From Octopus bimaculoides (taxonomy: Eukaryota), in NCBI RefSeq assembly GCF_001194135.2, contig NC_068983.1, positions 160,339,646-160,374,004 of the forward strand: a DNA stretch of 34,359 nt, in the 5' to 3' direction. Made by a program: the position numbers and the translations under genes. The notes under the pieces were generated by a model that saw nothing but the letters and a program-made list of their open reading frames with translations, ran no database searches and had not been told where the DNA came from. Shown in pieces: positions 10,764 to 22,990 of the stretch (position 1 is its first letter; each line of letters begins with the position of its first letter).

Positions 10764-10963
10764 TTAAACAATCAACAAACCTTCTGCCAACTTATCACAG
10801 AGGTTGTAACCTTGGCTTTCCCAAACTGATAAAAACAAGGCAAAATATTTGAATCGACACAGCTGAATACAAAAATAGTTATTATCAGAGAAATCAAAAC
10901 TTATCTAAATTCTAATCATAAAACTTACATCGACTATTTTACAGAGGTTTCCATCTGAATATA
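10764..10963 (-). CDS. Candidate two-exon 3' end of an unknown gene (10929-10963 joined to 10764-10862)
   Basis: A 66-nt intron-like segment 10863-10928 runs GTAAGT...TTTTTGTATTCAG, and the upstream acceptor is AATTTTCAG. The only open frame of the 35-nt exon joins in phase to give YSDGNLCKIVD/LCRFKYFALFLSVWESQGYNLCDKLAEGLLIV*. No family recognised. Confidence 0.35.
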
Positions 10964-12094
10964 CTGAAAATTATTGATCCAGCATTTCACTTCCTTTCAT
11001 TATTGATCAAGCATTGAAATTCTGCCGACTTGATATAGATTCAAAACAAAATGTCTCTAACCAATCACAATCAGTTTTAGTTGGTCTCTAGCCAGTGGGC
11101 AGCTTCTTGTAAACAACTTGGGTATGGCTTCTTCTAATGTTGTTTCATCGTAGACTATACCAAACATTAATAGACTTGCTTTCATTCTACATTGAACCAT
11201 TTTCAAAAGCTGGTTATTATATCTAGCCTACAAGCCAGAGAGCTCATCTACAATCAGGAAGCATAATTGTTTGTCTTGTATTCCACAAACCTGCCATTCT
11301 ATCTTTTCTTTGCCTAAATTAAGTGAACTCACAATTTCTCCTACCATTAACATCCAAAATAGAAAACTCTTTCAATAATTTGATGTGAGATTACTACTCA
11401 TTTACATTATTGCACACATTTACATAAGTACATTGACATAAATATACATACACATTGATAGATACAAATATACATATATACACTCATACATATATGATTA
11501 CACAGATCCATACAGGCATACATGCATATATAAATGTAATTCACTCATTGCTAATTATATTAAATTTAAAGCTAAGATACACAAACACACACATATCTAT
11601 TTCTATATTTATATACATGAGTTTATTTATATTTCATGTACAGCTTCCCCTGTGGGACATTCTATTCTTCAGCTGTTGACTGAAGCTGCAAATAACAAAG
11701 ATTTCAGTTGCCTCTGACAGTATTGCACTCTTCAGTAGTACTGAGTGCCATTGATTTTATCAAAAGATGTCAAGGTTTTCATTAGGAAACAATTTTTTCT
11801 TTTCTGTTATGTATGCAACCACCAAACCAAACTGGACAAGGCTGTAAAATTCCAACCAAGCAGCATTTATTTTTTTTAAACACTTTCTGAGCATTTGTTC
11901 TTTAATCTCAGCTTTGTTCTTTCTGAAATATGCCTCTGTCATAGACATAATACAGTATCTTTATGTCTCTCTCCTCCTCATAAATCACAGACCTACTACT
12001 ATCCTTCTCAAGCCTAATGCCAACTAAGTAGGAGGACTAACTACAAGCCTATGATATCACACATATACAGGATCACACCATAGCTGAGAGCTGC

Positions 12095-13480
12095 TGGACA
12101 GTGATTAAGGATATGAACACAAGGAAGTCACTCAATCCATCAGGTGTAACCACAGAGATTCTTAAAGTGTTGAGCAGAATAGAGCATGAGCTAGTCACCC
12201 ATGTACTCTTTTACTTGTTTCAGTCATTTGACTGCGGCCATGCTGGAGCACTGCCTTTATAGTGGAGGAAATCAACCCCAGAGTTTATTCTTTGTAAGCC
12301 TAATACTTATTCTATCAGTCTCTTTTGCCAAACCGCTAGGGACGCAAACACACTAGCATCAGTTGTCAAGTGATGCTGGGGGGACAAACAGACACACAAA
12401 CATATAAACACACATANNNNNNNNNNATATATATATATATATATATATACATACATATACAACGGGCTTCTACCAGTTTCCGTCTACCAAATCCACTCAT
12501 AAGGCTTTGGTCGGCCCAAGGCCATAGTAGAAGACACTTGCCCAAGGTGCCACGCAGTGAGACTGAACCCGGGACCATGTGGCTGGTAAGCAAGCTACTT
12601 ACCACACAGCCACTCCTTTGCCTATGTAGTGAATGATTAAGAAGAGAATCAATATGGATGGGATGCTGTTTCACTTGTGCCATGGAGAAGTACTACTGAT
12701 TCTATCTTCCTATTGAGACAACTGCAAGAGAGGTACTCAGCTGAGTGTAAGCCCATATATGTGGCATTTGTCAACTCAGAAAAGGTTTTTGACTGGGTTC
12801 CACTGCTCTGTGACCTGGTGGCTATTAAGCAGCCTTGTATTAGTTTGAATGAGAGTGGATAAGACCCTGCTCCCATCAAGAAAATGACCATGTCTGATAT
12901 GTCATAAAGGAGTTTGTAGGAATTCCATGCAGGGTACCCAGTGTAAACCTGGATTCACAAGAGATGTAGTGGGATAACAGACAGGATAACAATGAAAGCA
13001 GATTACATATGCAACAGGTACATTGTAGCAATGAGCACTGAAAGTGCAAGGAAAATAGATTCTTTCAAATACCTTGAGTGGAAAAAGTTCTGGGAGATAT
13101 TACCTCAGCTAACAATAAAAGGATTCTCTCAAAAAGAGATGAGCAGATTGTAAGATGCTTGTGTATGAAGTGTACAGTATGCCTACTGCATTCAAAGGTC
13201 TTGGGTGTAAAGGATTTGTGAAGATTGGAAAGCAATAAATCAAGCATGCTTCACTGGGTGTGTAATATTAGTGTGCATGAATGACAAAGTACAAATGATC
13301 TGAAAGAAAAATTGAAATTAAGAGAAACCAGATGTATGGTGCAATAGAAAACATTGTGTTCATATGAGTGTATGATATGTATGGAGGATGCGAGCTGTAT
13401 AAAGAATTATGGACTCAAAGTGAATGAAACCAGAAGAGGGAGATAGAGAAAGACTTGGAGTGAAGTGAAGATGTTTGCAC
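12095..13480 (+). mobile_element. Degraded RTE LINE RT/C-terminal fragment, interrupted by a SINE
   Basis: VIKDMNTRK..PSGVTTEILK (~12100-12170), RSTTDSIFLLRQLQERY..YVAFVNSEKVFDWVP (ORF 12677-12862), SMLHWVCNISV and RKTWSEV (~13240-13470). Confidence 0.85.
12206..12623 (-). mobile_element. tRNA/CORE-like SINE family B with internal microsatellite
   Basis: Minus strand shows the head AGGAGTGGCTGTGTGGTAAG, a CORE-like GGCACCTTGGGCAAGTGTCTTCTACT, (TA/TG)n and the tail CCAGCATGGCCGCAGTCAAATGACTGAAACAAGTAAAAGAG. ATGTA on both flanks (12201-12205, 12624-12628) is a possible TSD. Confidence 0.88.
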
Positions 13481-14539
13481 TTCACAAAGGAGATGACAAA
13501 GGACCTTGTGTATGATACAAGCATGGTGAATTAAATGTAAAATTGCCAATCTCTTTGCTGAAGTAAAACTACCAAAAACTGATACAGAAGCATTTAACAT
13601 AGAATTTAGATATATGTGTTGAGCACAACACATTCCAACTGATATAATCTGAGGCATAATACTACAAAATGTTTAATAACTAATTAACAAAAATAAACTC
13701 ATATATTTAGAGCTGCAACATTAGATAACATCATATAAATATGGTGCAGATTTAAACAACTCAGATAAGTCATATAAAAACAAATATGGGAAAACACCTG
13801 TTTAGCGCTGGGCCAAATCTTGTTTCTGCAAACTGAACTTGCAACTTTCTGTTGATCAGAGAGGTAAACCTAGTATGTTTTCTCAGAGGAGCAATCGACA
13901 AAACATGAAACAGTTCTTTAAGATAGCTCTACCACACATCTTTTTCCCACACTTCAAAAGCATTGAAACAAATATGTTTGTATTTCTTTGACAGTTAGGC
14001 CTTCTATATTCATTTCAGTTCATCTGATTTGCACTGCATTGTGCATAATGAGTGTGTGTGTGTATGTGTGTGTGTGTGTGTGTGTGTATGAGTGCATGTA
14101 TATATGTATATAAATACATGCCTTTGTGTTTGTTTATATATGCATGAATGTATGTGTGCGTGCACTGCATTGTGCATAATATGTGTGTGTATCTGTGTGT
14201 GTGTGTGTTCGTGTGTGCATCCGTGGATGTGTGTGTGTGCCTCTGTGTGTGTGTGTGTATGTGTGTGTGTGTGTGTAAAATTTTCTTCTTGCAGTAAAGG
14301 TTACTGAAAACTAACAAAAGCTTGAAGGGTTTGGCCTAGAAACAAGTTCTTTCTTCATATGAGGATTCTAAAAAACATTTTGCATCTTTGACAAAATTTT
14401 TGTGTTTTGTACAAGGGGTTGCTTTGTACAAGAGGCTGGTGAGGGTTTTATGAGGTTGGTGTACCGATTCTACTTCAACCTCTTTTAGTCACCTTTTATG
14501 ACATGCAGAGGAGACATTGGACCTAGGTTTTGGCATGCT

Positions 14540-15240
14540 GGTCCTCTAAGTCAATGATCCAGTCCATCATTAGCTACTTGGAGGACTCCACCTTGTCTTC
14601 CTCTGTTGTGGATGAGAATGTCTACGTTGTTGACTGCTTCACTTATCTCAGCAGTGAGATTCATAGAGGCATCAACTACAAGTCCTAAAAAGACTTGGAT
14701 GAGCTGGTGCAGTTGTGGACACATTGGAGAAGGATATTTAGTATTGCTGATATCTATGCAGGAGGACGAATGTTCAGGTCTTTAGGTCTCCAGTCCTCTC
14801 TGTCCTGCTCAATAGTTGAAAGACTTGGACACTGTCCAGAGCCCTTAAGAGTTGCCTGAGCTCTCTCAGTATAAGGATGTTTCACAGGATTATGGGTTAC
14901 TGTTGGTTGGATTTTGTAACCAATCAACAACCGACCAACTCTACTTAGAAACTGGGTTGTGTCCTGTTACCTATATGATTCAGAAGTGCCAGCTCAGACT
15001 GCTTGGCCATAATGCTTGATTTTCTGAGATAGACCCTACTTGCTGTGTTTCCTTCACTAAGGATCCAGATGGACTGACAGCTCATACTGGTTGACCACAT
15101 GTCGTATGGTCATAGCAGATGAGAAGATATCTGGTGGAGATGGAGACTAAGTAAGATTCTGCTCAACAAGTCACTTGGGAGGATCCAGGAATACGCTGAA
15201 GAATGATGAATACAGCAATGTGCTGCCATGGTGCATGCCT
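14540..15240 (+). mobile_element. Highly degraded RTE-like LINE C-terminal fragment
   Basis: ENVYVVDCFTYLSSEI (~14615-14665), followed by remnants of TWTL and RIMGYCWLDFV.N motifs. Confidence 0.6.
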
Positions 15241-15379
15241 CTATGCCTGACCTGACCTTTGACATAATAATTCTCTTCCAAATATGAATGGAGAGAGACT
15301 CATAGTGAGAGTCAACTAAGTATCAAAAACCTGTGAAGCTAACACTAAGCCTGTATCTCAGTGTTATCCTCATCTTGGA

Positions 15380-15990
15380 TGAGAAGGAGAGCCTGTATTT
15401 CAGAGCTCACCAGAATGATAGCTTACTCAAGTCAAGATGGATACTTTCATCATGGTGTGCAGAAAAGTGCAGGCTAAATTTTAGCAGATGCAGTACTTAG
15501 TGTCTCCTCTACTGACAGCTTTTATGATACTTTTGAGCATGTGGAGCCTGCAGGTAGGGTCACAGATCAAACTCGACAATTTGTTCACCAGTTCACATAT
15601 CTTGGCAGTACTCTCTCAAGAATCTTCATCATCAATGATAACATCAAAAGCAGAGTTGACTATTTGCATCGATCAAAAATATGCAGAGCCATATTTTGAG
15701 TCATAATTTTACTGTATGCTAGTGGGACATGGTTTCAGCAGAACAAAACGAAGCTTAATAGATTCCACCTGAACTGTTGGCACAAAATTCTGTGCATTCA
15801 TAGGCAGAACAAGATATCAAACACTTCAATATATTAAACATGCAGTTTAATATATTAAGCATCCAATCTCATATATGATAGAACCCAACTGTGCAGAAGG
15901 TGCTGAAAAGGTCTAGAGTCACCAATACATGAACAGAAAGGAAATAATCAGCCACTCTTAGACACATCAATGCAATATAGCATGGCCATC
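15380..15990 (+). mobile_element. Degraded RTE (BovB-like) LINE fragment
   Basis: HQFTYLGSTLSR (~15585-15620) and LLYASGTW..KLNRFHLNCWHKILCIH.QNKISNT (~15710-15825). Confidence 0.7.
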
Positions 15991-16875
15991 ATCTGAATAG
16001 ATGGATGCAAAGAGACATGCAAATAATACCATTCTTCAAAATTCTTTGAAACTAAAACACCAATGTGACTATGTGGAATCATGAGAAAGTGTCTTCTGTT
16101 GTAGCAACAGGTTGTACAAAACATCATGTGGAATTTGATAGATAGGCACAGTACACAAATCCAGTGTGTAGATACATACATAAAAACAGATGAAATAAGT
16201 ACCAGATTGAAATAAGTACTGGGGTTATATGATCAACTAAATCTTGAAGTGGCACCTCAGTATCACTGCTCTCTGATAAATAAAACTAGCAAAAGAAATG
16301 AGTAAAATAAAAAATAGAAAAATATATTTCTTTGCTTTCATCTTTAGACATAACCACACAAATATAGCCATACATATTTCTAATAGGAATTCTTAAAAAA
16401 AAAAAAATTACTGCCTTTATAGTAATTTACTATTTCTTTCTTTGAAATTCTCAGATCACTTGACCATATTTTCTCTTCAACTTCTTTCGCACCAATATTT
16501 ATTCATTAGCCTTTGGTTTCAGCAGTTATTTCATAACAGAAATATGTCTACTTCACTTCAAAATTTTTATGAATCTGGACATAATCTACTTGCTGACATT
16601 ACACTCTTCATCTTGTCTTCTGTTAAGAATTCGGTAGAACTTTTATTTCTTCTCCTTATACATCAATCAAGAAAATGATTATGCTTAAAAAGCAATATGA
16701 ATATCTTTAAATTTCTTTGAATTTGTTAGAATTTCTATAAATATAGCTATATTTTCTCTGCAATTATCTTGTTTTGAGATTATCTACATGAATAAAGTCT
16801 AGAAACATATTTTTGATATTTCTTTCATAACCTTTTTGTTATATGTGTAAGTTGTTTAAACACTCACATATACAC

Positions 16876-16931
<56 letters not shown>

Positions 16932-16941
16932 NNNNNNNNNN

Positions 16942-17008
<67 letters not shown>

Positions 17009-17071
17009 GCATACATATTTTACTTGCTTGAACTGAAAGAAGAAGCAGTGCCCATGGCTTTAACTGGCATA

Positions 17072-17590
17072 TCAAAGCCAGTAACATTCCACTGGAATTG
17101 CAAGTTTGTGACTGTGTAAAAGACATAGGCTAGGGGGTAATTTCATCCAGCATATGCTGAGACTGAAGGAGTGGGTATAATGGTTAGTGTGAGGCATGGA
17201 GAAGTGAACACAAAATGGATAATGAGTGGAGGACAGACAGATGACTCGAGAGTGCTTGAGTGAAAATTGCAGGAACCTAGTCTGCTCAAAGGAACAGAGA
17301 TCATTGTAGTAGTGGTAGAAAAGACAGAGAGAAGGAACAATACATTTGTAGACCAGAGATTGGAGAATGTCTGAGAGTGACTTAATGCTTATCAGTAAGG
17401 TGGCCACACTGTTTTATCATACTCTCTTGTGGATTTTACCTAAGCTTTGTAGTGGGTCCGTAATAGTTAGGGGATGAAGTATTTTGTGGGCTCCAAAGGG
17501 GAAGGTTAATCTTTGGTATGCAATCCTAGCTATGTTAAAGTATGTATTCACCATGAGATATCTACAGTGACAGCAAGGCCTAAGCAGTTG
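17072..17590 (-). mobile_element. CR1/L2-group LINE 3' coding remnant
   Basis: ORF 17072-17407(-) reads LQSL..VPSLCLFYHYYNDLCS.E..HYPFCV..HTNHYTHSF..WMKLP, the post-RT region of CR1-like LINEs. YKA.V...EY-like remnants lie upstream. Confidence 0.7.
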
Positions 17591-18359
17591 GAAAAATATA
17601 CATATACTATCAAACTACATATTAGGGAGGTTTTTTTGCAAGCTTAGTTGCAGAAGCTTAAACACATAAAATATAGTGTTTGGGGGAAATATTTTGAGTT
17701 AATGAAGAAAACTGCTTAATTTTAAGAACAAAGGAACTTGAAAGTTTGGTGTGGTTTGATTTTTTTCTCCAAGAAAGAAAAATTCTCTCAACTGAGAATT
17801 GAAATTAGATTGTTCATCTTTTACATATCACTATAGAAAACAGATAACCAATAAACTTTTGATTGCATAGTGTCGTAGTTAATCAAATAAATATAAATCA
17901 TGTCTGTTGAAATATATGATCGTTAGCAAGATTACATTAGAGTTAACTCTGAAACAAAGTATCTCCATAGACTCAAACATGACATTTGATCACTGTAGAG
18001 ATAAGACATCTACATTTCTCAACGAAGAATACATTGGAGCAGCTTCTTGTCAACATTCTCAGGTAAGAGGACATAAACTTGGCAAAGCAAACTTATTGAT
18101 TACAAATTACCCAGAAATTTATGAAGACTCAGAATTAGTAAAAATGATAGAAATACTTTACAATATTGAATTTCATATTTCTACATCAGAGTTAATTCTC
18201 ATTGAGTTTGGTCAATTCAAATTACTCTACTCATTTCCCTACAAATTTGTTATCTTGTGGCTACATACAAAGTTAATTAAATGGCTTCCTTATTACAGTA
18301 TCTATGCTATGGCATCTACACACTAGGTAAGTGGGCTGCATTAGGTGAAAAGATGAGAT

Positions 18360-18445
18360 ATTTATCAAGGCCGGATGCAAATGACATGATGTGAACCACA
18401 ATCTTTTGGTTTGTAGTCTGACATCCTATCCACTTAGCCATCAGC
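18360..18445 (-). mobile_element. Degraded tRNA-like SINE head
   Basis: Minus strand TGGCTAAGTGG (A box) ... GGTTCACATC (B-box-like). Confidence 0.35.
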
Positions 18446-19650
18446 AATTGTTGTCAGAGATGTAATTAAACCTAACTTATAACAATTTCAATTTGTTGAA
18501 TCAATTCCTAAAATTAATACACAAATACATTAGCTCTCTACACAAGTAATCTTCAGAAAGCTCAGTTTAGCTTCTGATGAAAAATGCAATGGAAAACAAA
18601 TGAAAAAACTTCAAATGAGTGTTACAAAGCATTAATAGTAAGAGCGTTATAATATAACAGTAGAAGATTGCAACCTCTAGCATTAATATCACAGTGAAAT
18701 TTATTTCATTGCCTCTTGGTTTCTTTAATGATAACTCAGCACAGCAATAATCATAAATTTACAATTTTCATTCATCCTTAATATTTTTCAAGTATGTTAT
18801 TTAAGATACTACAACGTTATAACATATAATTACATTTGCAACAAAAGATGTTAAACTGATATTTAAACACCTAGGTAAAAAATATATATATATATATTTA
18901 TGATTGTGATTGTTAGTTTTATGTTTTTTAGATATGATAGATTTTTTCTTAAACTAATTCTTTTTTCAAAAATGTATTTGTATAACGCTACACAGAATAC
19001 TGTGTACTGGTATGATTACATATAGCTTGTGTAAGAGAATGCACTGCTGCAGTGCTTTGTACTCTATTTGTGGATACTACTGTGTATGTGTAATGAAATG
19101 TAAAATATTGGTAAAAGGCCACAAATTGGGCTTCAGTACAAGACAAGTGGTTATTTAATTGCCCCCTGAGGGAGAATAAAATACAAAATTGACCTCATTG
19201 GCAGTTGAACTCGCAACATATGTGAATAGAATTAAATGCTGAAAGGAAATTAAGCGTACTACTATTTCTGGCAGACCACCACATTTTCTTTTGATTAGCT
19301 AGGAGGCTAATTCTTGTATAGGAGTGTATAATGTTGATTACCAGACATTAAATTTCTTTTTCAGTCAGTCAGGAAGGGCATATGAAATATATTTAAATTT
19401 CTAAGACATGTTAACAAAAAATACAAGTTTTACCAGCCTGCTGGTTATTTGTGATACCAGTAACTTCTCATTAGTCACTGTTCTTCTATATGTTAGTGGG
19501 AGCAATCAGAATGTAGTAATAGTGGACACTGACTGCTGATGAAGTGCAAACACACTGAAATCATGTGATCTGGGGGTTCTACCATCAGTGCTGGATAATT
19601 TTCATATTACTGATATTTCTGTGCTTTAAGCACTATACATCTATTCAAGA

Positions 19651-20031
19651 GTGGAGGCGCAATGGCCTAGTGGTTAGGGCAGTGGACTCGCAGTCATAGG
19701 ATCACAGTTTCAATTCCCATACCGGGTGTTGTGAGTGTTTATTGATCGAAAACACCTAAAGTTCCACGAGGCACCGGCAGGGGATGGTGTGAACCCTGCT
19801 GTACTCTTTCACCACAACTTTCTCTCACTCTTACTTCGTGTTTCTGTTGTGCCTGTAATTCAAAGGGTCAGCCTTGTCACACTGTTTCACGCTGAATATC
19901 CCCGAGAACTACATTAAGGGTACACGTGTCTGTGGAGTGCTCAGCCACTTGCACGTTAATTTCACAAGCAGGCTGTTCCGTTGATCGGATCAACTGGAAC
20001 CCTTGACGTAAGCGATGGAGTGCCAACAGCA
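19651..20031 (+). mobile_element. Full-length tRNA-derived SINE, family A copy 2
   Basis: A box TGGCCTAGTGG; colinear with 4083-4466; perfect 12-bp TSD ATCTATTCAAGA at 19639-19650 and 20032-20043. Confidence 0.92.
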
Positions 20032-20443
20032 ATCTATTCAAGACACTCTCTAAAGATGAATACTGCAGCATTACAGCATTCTTGCAATACATTTATTCTA
20101 AGTAAGATATAAAGATTGCTATTCTATACTAATACTGCTTCTGTCACTAATATCTAATTTTTACATGTAAAAAACTGACATCTGAAAAATAGAGTCTGTA
20201 TGAAAGTATTAAGGAACTTCAAAACTCCTGAAAATCTTTTATAATTGTTTTTGGGAAAGTTTAAGTAGACACCATCATATATCTCTATTATCAGTGAAGT
20301 TTATGAAAGAATGGTGAACAAATTTTCACTAAAATTCTCTTAATTTTTTCTCCCAGAGATGCCTTGTATTCATAAAATCTTACACATAGCATATAGTAGT
20401 GGCAGGTTGGCAACTTTTATATTGACAGGTAGATGTAAATTTG

Positions 20444-20492
<49 letters not shown>

Positions 20493-20804
20493 NNNNNNNN
20501 NNNNNNNNNNNNNNNNNNNNNNNNNNNNNNNNNNNNNNNNNNNNNNNNNNNNNNNNNNNNNNNNNNNNNNNNNNNNNNNNNNNNNNNNNNNNNNNNNNNN
20601 NNNNNNNNNNNNNNNNNNNNNNNNNNNNNNNNNNNNNNNNNNNNNNNNNNNNNNNNNNNNNNNNNNNNNNNNNNNNNNNNNNNNNNNNNNNNNNNNNNNN
20701 NNNNNNNNNNNNNNNNNNNNNNNNNNNNNNNNNNNNNNNNNNNNNNNNNNNNNNNNNNNNNNNNNNNNNNNNNNNNNNNNNNNNNNNNNNNNNNNNNNNN
20801 NNNN
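20493..20804. other. Assembly gap (N run)
   Basis: Continuous N between a (TA)n tract and an RTE fragment. Confidence 1.
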
Positions 20805-21170
20805 GCATGCGTACGGACAGCCATGCTACATGGCAGTGAAACATGGGCTGTAACTGCTGAGGACATACGTAAGCTCGCAAGGAATGAAGCCAGTATGCTC
20901 CGTTGGATGTGTAATGTCAATGTGAATACCCGTCAGAGTGTAAGTATCTTGAGAGAAAAGCTGAACATTAGAAGCATCAGTTGTGGTGTGCAAGAGAGAT
21001 GATTGCGCTGGTATGGATATGTGGTGAGAATGGATGAGGATAGCTGCGGGAAAAAGTACCACACCCTAACAGTTAAGGGAACCCATGGAAGAGGTAGGCC
21101 CAGGAAGACCTGGGCTGAGGTGGTGAGGCAAGACCTTCGTACATTGGGCCTCACCGAGGCGATGACTACT
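20805..21170 (+). mobile_element. Relatively young RTE LINE C-terminal coding fragment
   Basis: One frame reads ACVRTAMLHGSETWAVTAEDIRKLARNEASMLRWMCNV..VQER*LRWYGYVVRMDEDSC..GRGRPRKTWAEVVRQDL. There is a single stop (TGA, CpG-decay-like). Confidence 0.92.
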
Positions 21171-21289
21171 GATGTTTTTGGCAACTTGTATTTCCATGTT
21201 ATATCCTTAATTTAATATAGTTTGTCTTATTGCTGAATTGTTTATTCTTTATTCTTTATTTACAACTTTGATAATGCTTTGAAAACAAC

Positions 21290-21977
21290 CTCTGGCATCT
21301 TGAGGTGCCTGTCCTTAGCATCAAATTGTAATTGGGCATGAAAAATGAATCTATTTTCATAATTTAATAAAAGAAATCTGTTGCTTTGTTCTGACCAGGT
21401 TTCAGAACCTGTTGTCAAACAGGGGTGATTTGAACAGAAGGCCACTTTGTGTTTTGATGGAATTTGAAGGGGGTGTTGCTCTTTGAGCTTATCTCAGGAA
21501 GTGAATACTAACCTTTATGCTCAACAACCACAGCAAATATATGATGCTTTGAAAGCCTACTATCCAGAATTGGTCATTTGAAGATGCACTTTCTTATAGC
21601 ATGATAATGCCCCAGCACACCCTTTTGTGACTAAGTACAAACTTGAGGAACTTCAGGGGCTGGAAGTGTTGCTTCCCCCAGCCTATGGTGCAGACTCACA
21701 ACATCAGATTACCAACTATTCTGAGTTATGACACATTTCTTGTATGGATGGAAATTCGACAATGTGAATGATGTAGAAAATAGGTGATGGTTTTTTTTTT
21801 TTTTTGCCTGTGAACCACTCAAATGGTATAAACGTAGAATTGAGCTTCCAGTATCACAATGGCAACAGACAATGGAATATGATGGGATGTGTTTTATGAA
21901 TAAACACTTTTTGTATATAGGCTGTTTGAACTATTAATTAAAGCTTGAAATGCAAAAACTTTTAGCACTACCTAATA
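21290..21977 (+). mobile_element. Mariner transposase pseudogene (catalytic domain) with right TIR
   Basis: QIVIGHEK*IYF (decayed IVTGDEKW), HDNAPAH at 21600-21620, VLLPPAYGAD..SDYQLF (decayed YSPDLAPSDY). The end at 21946-21977 reverse-complements to TATTAGGTAGTGCTAAAAGT, resembling Hsmar1-type mariner TIRs. Confidence 0.85.
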
Positions 21978-22015
<38 letters not shown>

Positions 22016-22329
22016 CAGTCATCTGATAAATAAGTTTCCATATTGCCATTCATTGCATAAGTTCCATAACCAATCAAATAATATTTAACGAACCTAAATG
22101 AAAACATCTTGAGTTCAACCAAAGAAGCTAGTCTCATCAAGGCCTTATTATGAAAAGGTGTTTCACAGATCATGCTTCACTAGTTGCTCCTAATACTATT
22201 CATATGAGATCTCATTAATTCACTTCATTTCACCGGTCATTAGTTCTGCATTATTAATTTATTCTCATGGCTCTTCTATCAGAAGAAATTTATCATCTTT
22301 TTCACTTTATCACTAAACAGATTTTATGC

Positions 22330-22990
22330 TGTCAAATCCGCAAGTTATGTCTCTTTTGCAATCTTTAGCAATTGAAGTCCTTTAAGTTTATTATGTATAA
22401 CACATTGGCTGCTCATCTGGAATGTAATAATATCTTACTAGAGGAGCAGAAAGATTGTTGGATGAAGATGTATTGTCATAAAGAGAGGATACTCTTGAAT
22501 TGCAAAAAGGGGAAATTAACATCAGCATGGAATGGATTGATCATCAAAAAGCCTTTGATGATACACCACATTCTTGGATATTGGAGGCACTGCTTATTAT
22601 TAATCCAGCTGCTCTGATACAAATATGATATATCAACCATGTACACCAAAATGGAAATAATCATATGACTACAAGGCTGAGAGGAGAAAATTAAAACAAA
22701 TCTCATACCCATAAGAAGAGTTATCTTTCAGTTAGACTTCTTAGCCCCTTTTATTAACTAGTTTGTTTCAAGAAACCACTATTAGTTATAAATGCTATGG
22801 GGAAATTATAACATCTCTTCACTACAGATGATATGAAGCTATTTACCAGATAAGATACATTATTGGAAAACCTACTTAAAGTTGTAAATGAATTCTGCCA
22901 GGATATTAAAAATAATTTGATATTAGAAAGCTGTCCCACGGTTTCTATAAGAAGAGGCAAGTTAACTAAATTTGAGAATATTAAATAACA
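22330..22990 (+). mobile_element. R4/Dong-like non-LTR retrotransposon RT remnant
   Basis: HLECNNILLEEQK, WIDHQKAFD..PHSWILEAL (~22530-22590), IRRVIFQ (decayed RGIFQGD), HLF.TDDMKLF (~22810-22845). The clade call rests on recalled motif style. Confidence 0.7.

Noticed and set aside
11760-11948. 62-aa ORF as an exon or transposase fragment
   Set aside because: No convincing splice boundaries or diagnostic motif.
14479-14511. Minus-strand CCTCTGCATGTCATAAAAGGTGACTAAAAGAGG as an HDV-like ribozyme
   Set aside because: It resembles a repeat motif I recall from invertebrate genomes, but I could not build the nested double pseudoknot by eye.
17907-18326. 139-aa plus-strand ORF as a single-exon gene
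   Set aside because: It has a TTG start, AT-rich composition and no recognisable motif. Only two short internal segments look exon-like, and these are reported separately.
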